From: a virus
Lineage: Duplodnaviria; Heunggongvirae; Uroviricota; Caudoviricetes
Length of the DNA: 4,655 nt
Virus record (IMG/VR): IMGVR_UViG_2671180458_000007
Strand: one strand, 5' to 3'
Part shown: positions 1 to 4,328 of the stretch, piece by piece
Numbering within the stretch: the first letter of the stretch is position 1
How the letters are laid out: each line of letters begins with the position of its first letter
Notes under the pieces: generated by a model
Database searches by the model: none
Seen by the model: the letters and a program-made list of their open reading frames with translations, nothing else
Told to the model about the DNA's origin: nothing
Made by a program: the position numbers and the translations under genes

Positions 1-310
1 ATTTTGCGTTATCGGGAATATCGGGAAGTGACCGCCGCAGCCGTTCCGGCTTCGTCCACTGGTAAGTATTTTTCGCGCTCTCCCTCCGTTGTTGAGAACG
101 GCGGCGGTATGCCAGCAACGCAAGGACGCATGTTCGTATGTTGCACATATCCACGCCGTTAAGCTCAATACCATCACGGCGCATCACCTCAGCAACCACA
201 CGCGCATAATTTTCGGCGGTCACGCTGTCCGGCTGCGTGGCCTGTTCGTCAGCCTGCTGGCTGATTCCGGCGACGCGGCGGATTAATCCCAGTATTTCGG
301 CTTCTGTCAT
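1..310 (-). CDS. Hypothetical protein, partial (N-terminal 103 aa in window; 3' end lies beyond the left edge)
   Basis: ATG is the reverse complement of 308-310 and the frame stays open to position 1 (begins MTEAEILGLIRRVAGISQQADEQ...). A G-rich Shine-Dalgarno-like GGGGG sits 4-9 nt upstream. It follows the terminator and promoter cassette downstream of the capsid gene. No recognisable motif; lying downstream of a capsid gene it could be a head-tail connector or adaptor, but that is speculation. It is not in the supplied ORF track because it has no stop inside the window. Confidence 0.5.
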   Translation of the reverse strand, partial: MTEAEILGLIRRVAGISQQADEQATQPDSVTAENYARVVAEVMRRDGIELNGVDMCNIRTCVLALLAYRRRSQQRRESAKNTYQWTKPERLRRSLPDIPDNAK

Positions 311-463
311 TGTGCCCCCATCGCGCTGGTGAAGAAAACAAGCTCAGATTTTTTGTAAAGAATCTGTCACGCTAAAAGATGTCGAACAAAAATTAACCAC
401 AACCATCATCTTTTTTGCATCAACCACATTAAAAACAACAGGTTACACACATGATGATGATGA

Positions 464-561
464 CGATAAAATCACAAAAATGCGCTTTTTTCCGCGCCGC
501 CCGCCCCGTGTTCATACCCACCCCACCGGGAGGACCCGCAAAAAAGGCGGCTGGTGCCGCC
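464..561. repeat. Copy A of a ~100 bp conserved intergenic cassette (second copy at 3001-3098)
   Basis: By-eye alignment: aaaaatgcgcttttttccgcgccgcccgccccgtgt...cccaccccaccgggaggacccgcaaaaaag (A) against aaaaaatgcgcctttttccgcgccctcccgccccgtgt...cccaccccaccaggaggacccgcaaaaaag (B). Both copies sit immediately 3' of a minus-strand stop codon and end in a terminator hairpin. Confidence 0.7.
538..561 (-). terminator. Rho-independent terminator after the protease-capsid gene
   Basis: On the minus strand: GGCGGC-ACCA-GCCGCC hairpin (6-bp GC stem, 4-nt loop) followed by TTTTTTG, starting 6 nt after the TGA stop at 568-570. Confidence 0.7.
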
Positions 562-567
562 TTGTTG

Positions 568-2457
568 TCAGAGTGAATCTGTCCCGCCTGATTTGACCAT
601 ACCGCGATAATCCAGAGCTGCCACACCTGCATCAATACGGACTTTCCAGGCCACGCCGTCAACGATAAAACCTTCCTGCTGTTCAAGGTAAGGCTCGTCA
701 TTGCCATCAAGATAAGCCACCTCGATTGTGTCCGTTCCCTGTGCGGAAAGCATGTACCATTGTTTTTCGCTGATATCATCAAGGCGGGGATCGACGATGA
801 TATCAAGTAGCTTGTGGTACGGGTTAAAGATCCCGCTGTTTTTATCAGCCCCGAAAGGTGCGGTTGAGTTAATCATCTGCAACGCGCGATCTTCCAGTGC
901 TGCCGGAACTAAAAGGAATTTAGGCGCAATATTCAGCACTTCGCCATTTTTGTCCTTCTGTGTGCGCATCAGGTGACGTGCTGCACTAAGTCCCGGTGTT
1001 GTCAGTCCTGCTTCAATCAGGTTGCTGTGTTTTTTGTCAAACAGCGTTATTCCGTCAGAAAGTTTTACGTTGCCTGTAAGCACCAGATTAACCAGATTTC
1101 CCACCGTTCTTGATGCTGCACGGCCCATAGCCATTGGCACCGTTGATAACTGATCAAGGTCATCATTGATTATCGCCTGGCGGGTAATGCTGAAAATATT
1201 CCCGTAAGTAGCCAGCGCGATGGGTTCACCGCGATCGCTGGTGGTGATGTATTTATATTCTGCCCCTTCCGGAACTTTGTTTAACGTTGAGAAGCCATTC
1301 ATACCAACGCGGCGGGCTTCCCGGAAGTTTGAAAGGGAACCTTTTTTCGTCCACTGGCGGAATGTTTCGCCGCTGTGCTCCCAGCCTGCAAGCACTGATT
1401 TTTCAGCGCCACCAGCAAGGATATCGGTAAAATCGCTGCTGCTGTGGGTGAATGCCGCGTTTACTATCTGCGAGCGTGTGCTGTAGCTGCCCGTGCTTAT
1501 ACCACGATGGGTTAATGATGCCTGTGCCATATCGAAAAGGCTCATCATGGCGTAAGGATTACCGCGTTCGGCCCGTTCGTGACCAAGACGCGCATTAAGC
1601 CCCTGACGCATGGCATCGCCAGTTATATTGCCGTTATCCGTGTACGCGTAGTAAAGATTTGCGGGGGTGGTTTTGTTTGTTGGCGTTGATTCTTTACCCA
1701 TAGCGAGTAAAAGGCGTTCGCGTGCATTCTCAACGCTACATTCTGAATCCGCAAGACAACTTATAGCCAGGTCGTTATATCTTCCGTTGAAGGTGCCAAA
1801 CAATTCACGGATGCCGTTAAGTCGTTCCTGTTCGCCACTGCCAGTTTTCTGGCTGATCATGCTTTTAATTTTTTCCGGCATATTTGAAAAATCTCCGATT
1901 CGTTTTGATTCAATTCGGGCCATTGCTGTAATCGCGGGTATAACCTCATCTGCGAAACCGTTAGCCTTACACTCATTGCCATCCATCCAGGTTTCCGCCT
2001 CCATCATGGAGGTGATTTCCTGTTTGCTCCTGCCCGTTCTTCCGGCATAGGTTTCTGCCATCGTGTCGCCCAGCTTGTCCATCAGATCAGCAAAGCGGCG
2101 AACGTCGCCCGACACTCCGGCAGTAACACCACGGGGGGCATGTATCATCATCATCGCGTTTTCAGGCATAACGATATGATCTCCACACATGGCAATAAAC
2201 GAGGCCATAGAAGCCGCCATGCCTTCAATGTGTACGATTTTTTTTGCCGGATGATTTTTCAGAGCGTTATAGATAGCCAGCCCTTCAAAGATGTCGCCAC
2301 CAGGTGAATGGATGCGAAGATGGATTTCAGACGCATTACCACACGCGTTGATCTCGTCAGTAAGTGCCGATGCTTTTACACCGTACCCGCCGATCTCGTC
2401 ATAAATGCGCACATAGACAACATCTGCCATAGCCTTAATGGAAAACCATGTTTTCAT
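568..2457 (-). CDS. Prohead protease / major capsid fusion protein: N-terminal ClpP-family (S14) serine protease domain, linker or scaffold-like region, C-terminal putative major capsid domain (629 aa)
   Basis: Long intact ORF. The N-terminal ~190 aa carry ClpP signatures visible in the translation: HSPGGDIFEGLAIYNAL (ClpP INSPGG...AG.AIYD motif), GMAASMASFIA (active-site Ser motif G.AASMG), MMIHAPRG (active-site His motif MIHQP). The remaining ~430 aa are too long for a protease alone. Assigning them to a capsid domain rests on known ClpP-type prohead protease-capsid fusions in prophages, not on a motif I can verify by eye. ATG at 2455-2457 is preceded by AGGGG about 7 nt upstream and overlaps the upstream ORF stop (ATGA). 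Confidence 0.85.
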   Translation of the reverse strand: MKTWFSIKAMADVVYVRIYDEIGGYGVKASALTDEINACGNASEIHLRIHSPGGDIFEGLAIYNALKNHPAKKIVHIEGMAASMASFIAMCGDHIVMPENAMMMIHAPRGVTAGVSGDVRRFADLMDKLGDTMAETYAGRTGRSKQEITSMMEAETWMDGNECKANGFADEVIPAITAMARIESKRIGDFSNMPEKIKSMISQKTGSGEQERLNGIRELFGTFNGRYNDLAISCLADSECSVENARERLLLAMGKESTPTNKTTPANLYYAYTDNGNITGDAMRQGLNARLGHERAERGNPYAMMSLFDMAQASLTHRGISTGSYSTRSQIVNAAFTHSSSDFTDILAGGAEKSVLAGWEHSGETFRQWTKKGSLSNFREARRVGMNGFSTLNKVPEGAEYKYITTSDRGEPIALATYGNIFSITRQAIINDDLDQLSTVPMAMGRAASRTVGNLVNLVLTGNVKLSDGITLFDKKHSNLIEAGLTTPGLSAARHLMRTQKDKNGEVLNIAPKFLLVPAALEDRALQMINSTAPFGADKNSGIFNPYHKLLDIIVDPRLDDISEKQWYMLSAQGTDTIEVAYLDGNDEPYLEQQEGFIVDGVAWKVRIDAGVAALDYRGMVKSGGTDSL

Positions 2458-2648
2458 AGCCAGACCCCTAACGTTGCCCTGTACCAGTATTCAACCGCGC
2501 TGCGTGTGATTTGTCCTTTCGTGGGTACTGGCATACCCGGGTGATTATCTTTGATGAACTGCTGATAGCGTTCGATCTTCTCCATAGTTCCGGCGTCTAT
2601 GTGTACCGTGGCACTTTTATCCGGCTTTCTGGTGTTGTTCTCTGGCAT
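2454..2648 (-). CDS. Small hypothetical protein (64 aa), translationally coupled to the protease-capsid gene
   Basis: The ORF track gives 2454..2681 (75 aa, MMPVNQ...), but that start has no Shine-Dalgarno. The internal ATG at 2646-2648 (MPENNTRKPDKSATVHIDAGT...) has GGAGG (reverse complement of 2656-2660) 7 nt upstream, so I prefer it. The TGA stop overlaps the capsid ATG (ATGA at 2454-2457). Function unknown. Confidence 0.6.
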   Translation of the reverse strand: MPENNTRKPDKSATVHIDAGTMEKIERYQQFIKDNHPGMPVPTKGQITRSAVEYWYRATLGVWL

Positions 2649-2722
2649 AAATCCGCCTCCGTTTTGATTAACGGGCATCATTATTGATCGATAAAAGTAA
2701 TAGATAAATCATTTTCTACCTG

Positions 2723-2750
2723 AAAATCAGATTATGATTTTTCTGATTAT
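2723..2750. promoter_or_regulatory. Inverted repeat, candidate operator in the leader of the capsid operon
   Basis: aaaatcaga (2723-2731) and tctgattat (2742-2750) form 8/9 inverted arms around a 10-nt AT-rich spacer, 75-100 bp upstream of the small-ORF start. Confidence 0.35.
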
Positions 2751-2843
2751 TCTCAGAGAGGCAAAGTTATTGACGCATTTTTGCCATTGAAGCAGTATTA
2801 AGACTCGTCATCCTGGCGATAAAAACTCCTTTGTCGTGTAAAA

Positions 2844-2879
2844 GCGCCTCCGGTAACAGCAATCGGGGGCGCTTTTTTT
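2844..2879 (+). terminator. Terminator-like hairpin plus U-tract, oriented on the plus strand, inside the capsid-operon upstream region
   Basis: Plus strand: GCGCCUCCG (2844-2852), 11-nt loop, CGGGGGCGC (2864-2872) gives a 9-bp stem with one G-U pair, followed by TTTTTTT (2873-2879). On the minus strand the same hairpin is followed by only TTTT. No convincing plus-strand gene ends here. Confidence 0.5.
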
Positions 2880-2903
2880 GCGCCTGTTTTTTGTAAATGT
2901 TTT

Positions 2904-2917
2904 CGGGAACGTTCCGG
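2904..2917. promoter_or_regulatory. Palindrome cGGGAACGTTCCgG, candidate dimeric regulator binding site
   Basis: Perfect 10-bp palindrome GGAACGTTCC at 2906-2915 with partly symmetric flanks. It lies in the promoter region between the upstream terminator (3076-3098) and the capsid operon and is absent from the otherwise similar region A. Confidence 0.35.
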
Positions 2918-3000
2918 TGATGAACAAAAAACAACCTGATTCGACACTAAAAATTTTTATTTCTCAACATATCAATAACTTATAGTGGTGGTGATGGTGC

Positions 3001-3098
3001 CATAAAAATCAAAAAATGCGCCTTTTTCCGCGCCCTCCCGCCCCGTGTACAGGCCCACCCCACCAGGAGGACCCGCAAAAAAGCCGGATTGCTCCGGC
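3001..3098. repeat. Copy B of the ~100 bp conserved intergenic cassette (first copy at 464-561)
   Basis: See copy A. It sits immediately 3' of the stop of the 3106-3378 gene and ends in a terminator hairpin. Confidence 0.7.
3076..3098 (-). terminator. Rho-independent terminator after the small regulator-like gene
   Basis: On the minus strand: GCCGGA-GCAA-TCCGGC hairpin followed by TTTTTTG, 8 nt after the TAA stop at 3106-3108. Confidence 0.7.
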
Positions 3099-3105
3099 TG
3101 TGTGA

Positions 3106-3378
3106 TTAGCTGTCCTGGTAATTGCGCCATATTTCATCACCAGCACCATCTATACCCATTTCGGCACAAGTGCGATTAACTGCATTTCTCAGGTCTCCGA
3201 AATTATCAGGCGGCTCCGGTGGCCTCTGTGCCTTCCTGGAACATTCCAGCCGTCGCATCGTGATGTGATGCCGTTCCTTGTCTGTCTCCACCAGCATCAT
3301 GACTTCACCCCATCGCGCCGCCGCCCTCCGGTAAAATCCTTTCGCTTCGAGTTCTTCCGCTATGCGGTCATGTACCAT
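3106..3378 (-). CDS. Small basic protein (~90 aa), possible PerC-like transcriptional regulator
   Basis: The ORF track gives 3106..3498 (130 aa), but that start overlaps the ssb 3' end by ~110 nt. The internal ATG at 3376-3378 (MVHDRIAEELEAKGFYRRAAARWGEVMMLVETDKERHHITMRRLECSRKAQRPPEPPD...) lies 10 nt after the ssb stop and has GAGGGGG 5-6 nt upstream. The PerC-like call rests on recalled resemblance of the N-terminal region and is unverified. Confidence 0.55.
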   Translation of the reverse strand: MVHDRIAEELEAKGFYRRAAARWGEVMMLVETDKERHHITMRRLECSRKAQRPPEPPDNFGDLRNAVNRTCAEMGIDGAGDEIWRNYQDS

Positions 3379-3388
3379 CGTCACCCCC

Positions 3389-3799
3389 TCAGAACGGAAT
3401 ATCATCACCGTAAGGGTCATCGCCTCCCGCTGGTGGCTGATTACCCTGTGTGCCTGTGGTTTTGCGTCTGTTCCCGCCTGGTCGCACCGTTTTCGCACTG
3501 ATTACGCTGTCGGCAATGACCTGATAACCCTGACGCGTCTCCCCGTTCTGTCCGGTCCACTGGCTTATCTGCATCACGCCGGATACGCTGATTACGTTGC
3601 CTTTCTCATGTCCTGCCAGTTGGTCGGCCTGTTTGCCAAATGCGATGACCGATAACCATAACGTCGCCTGTCCGTCCTGTGCCTGACTGCATGGCAGTGA
3701 TACCGCCATACGCGCCAGCGTCATCGGTGTGCCCTTGCTGGTCTGTTTTACCTGCGGGTCGTCCACCAGCCGCCCGTAAGCGGCTATCTGTGCTGTCAT
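3389..3799 (-). CDS. ssb: Single-stranded DNA-binding protein (SSB), compact 136-aa form
   Basis: The translation ends in DPYGDDIPF; the acidic DDIPF terminus is the conserved SSB protein-interaction tail (E. coli SSB ends DFDDDIPF). It is preceded by a Gly/Pro/Gln-rich linker and an OB-fold-like core (LWLSVIAFGKQADQLAGHEKGNVISVSG...QWTGQNGETRQ, compare E. coli [30 protein letters not shown]...KWTDQSGQDR). Good Shine-Dalgarno GGAGAGGTG upstream of the ATG at 3797-3799. Confidence 0.88.
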   Translation of the reverse strand: MTAQIAAYGRLVDDPQVKQTSKGTPMTLARMAVSLPCSQAQDGQATLWLSVIAFGKQADQLAGHEKGNVISVSGVMQISQWTGQNGETRQGYQVIADSVISAKTVRPGGNRRKTTGTQGNQPPAGGDDPYGDDIPF

Positions 3800-4041
3800 G
3801 ATTTCACCTCTCCGGTTTTAACGTTGATGGTTGTTACCTGTTCCGCTTCGGCAATCTCCCGCTCTGTCAGCGTGGCAAAGTTTGCAGCTGCCGTTGTCAT
3901 GAATGCGCTAATCAGTTCGGGATGTGCTTTCGCATATCCTTCCCCGGCGTTGCGGTCGATGATTTTTATCGACACCCTTAACCAGTGTTCCGTCAAATCA
4001 AGGGCGTGCGATTGTGATTTTTTTGTGTGCTTCGCTGTCAT
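3796..4041 (-). CDS. Hypothetical protein (81 aa), translationally coupled to ssb
   Basis: ORF MTAKHTKKSQSHALDLTEHWLRVSIKIIDRNAGEGYAKAHPELISAF... with ATG at 4039-4041. Its TGA stop overlaps the ssb ATG (ATGA at 3796-3799). The Shine-Dalgarno is weak. It is the first gene downstream of the iteron array. Function unknown. Confidence 0.6.
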   Translation of the reverse strand: MTAKHTKKSQSHALDLTEHWLRVSIKIIDRNAGEGYAKAHPELISAFMTTAAANFATLTEREIAEAEQVTTINVKTGEVKS

Positions 4042-4085
4042 AGGCTTTATCTCACAGCAGTAAATTAAAATTTTTGCGTTTTAAC

Positions 4086-4314
4086 CCTTCACCTGTTCAC
4101 CTTTTGATATTTTATCTTTTAATTCATAATGTTAAGGGGTGAACAGTTTCACAAAAACTATTCACCAACTATTCACCACTGTTCACCCTTGAAGCTCAAT
4201 AAACAATCAAAAAGGTGAACAGTGAATAGTTTGGTGAACAGTTCATAAATAACTGTTCACCCTATAATATACTGATATAAAAGATATTTATGACAGAGTG
4301 AACAGTGGTGAACA
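4086..4314. repeat. Iteron array: ~11 copies of TGTTCACC/GGTGAACA (P4 type I iteron sequence) with AT-rich flanks; candidate crr- or ori-like cis replication site
   Basis: Exact or one-mismatch octamers at 4086, 4094, 4159, 4170, 4180, 4254 (TGTTCACC orientation) and 4138, 4214, 4222, 4233, 4297, 4307 (GGTGAACA orientation). Several are spaced 10-11 bp apart. Two ~50 bp imperfect direct repeats (4138-4188 and 4214-4262) each run from GGTGAACAGT to CTGTTCACCC. AT-rich stretches at 4101-4136 and 4262-4296. The array ends 15 bp from the stop of the flanking gene. Confidence 0.8.
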
Positions 4315-4328
4315 GTTATTCCATAAGT

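Noticed and set aside
89-286. Plus-strand ORF 89..286 (65 aa)
   Set aside because: It is antisense to the longer open frame that starts at 310 on the minus strand, which has a plausible Shine-Dalgarno and follows the promoter cassette. It has no ribosome-binding site or motif.
451-462. Triplet repeats (ATG)4 at 451-462 and GTGGTGGTGATGGTG at 2985-2999, which read as His codons (CATCAT... / CACCAC...) on the minus strand, considered as a His-rich leader peptide for attenuation
   Set aside because: The His-codon frame has no in-frame start codon in either copy and hits a stop just upstream. The plus-strand reading (MMMMTIKSQK..., 451-594) is not conserved in copy B. Treated as non-coding sequence within the conserved cassette.
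429-806. Minus-strand ORF 429..806 (125 aa)
   Set aside because: It overlaps the 3' end of the capsid gene in another frame and then runs through the terminator and intergenic cassette. Its tail (…MNTGRAARKKAHFCDFIVIIIMCVTCCF) is not conserved in cassette copy B.
728-2544. Plus-strand ORFs 728..976, 1220..1486, 1667..2050 and 2308..2544 from the ORF track
   Set aside because: All lie antisense inside the 629-aa protease-capsid gene, which has strong motif support. They have no ribosome-binding sites or recognisable products and are best explained as shadow ORFs.
2646-2681. Start of the small ORF at 2681 (75-aa form, MMPVNQ...)
   Set aside because: There is no Shine-Dalgarno upstream of the tandem ATGs at 2676-2681, whereas the ATG at 2646-2648 has GGAGG at ideal spacing. 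The longer form cannot be excluded.
2682-3000. P2 Ogr / P4 Delta-type late promoter element (TGT-N12-ACA) upstream of the capsid operon
   Set aside because: I scanned the region by eye and found no TGT-N12-ACA dyad at any TGT or ACA position, so activation by an Ogr/Delta-type factor is not supported by sequence.
3106-3498. Long form (130 aa) of the regulator-like ORF
   Set aside because: That start would overlap the ssb coding region by ~110 nt in a different frame and has no Shine-Dalgarno. The internal ATG at 3378 lies just after the ssb stop with a strong GAGGGGG site.
3265-4063. Plus-strand ORFs 3265..3501, 3362..3655 and 3824..4063
   Set aside because: They are antisense to the SSB and neighbouring minus-strand genes, low-complexity or hydrophobic with no ribosome-binding sites; considered shadow ORFs.
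4263-4268. TATAAT hexamer at 4263-4268 as a plus-strand promoter
   Set aside because: There is no acceptable -35 element at 16-18 bp spacing and a plus-strand transcript would run antisense into the replication gene. More likely it is part of the AT-rich unwinding segment of the iteron region.
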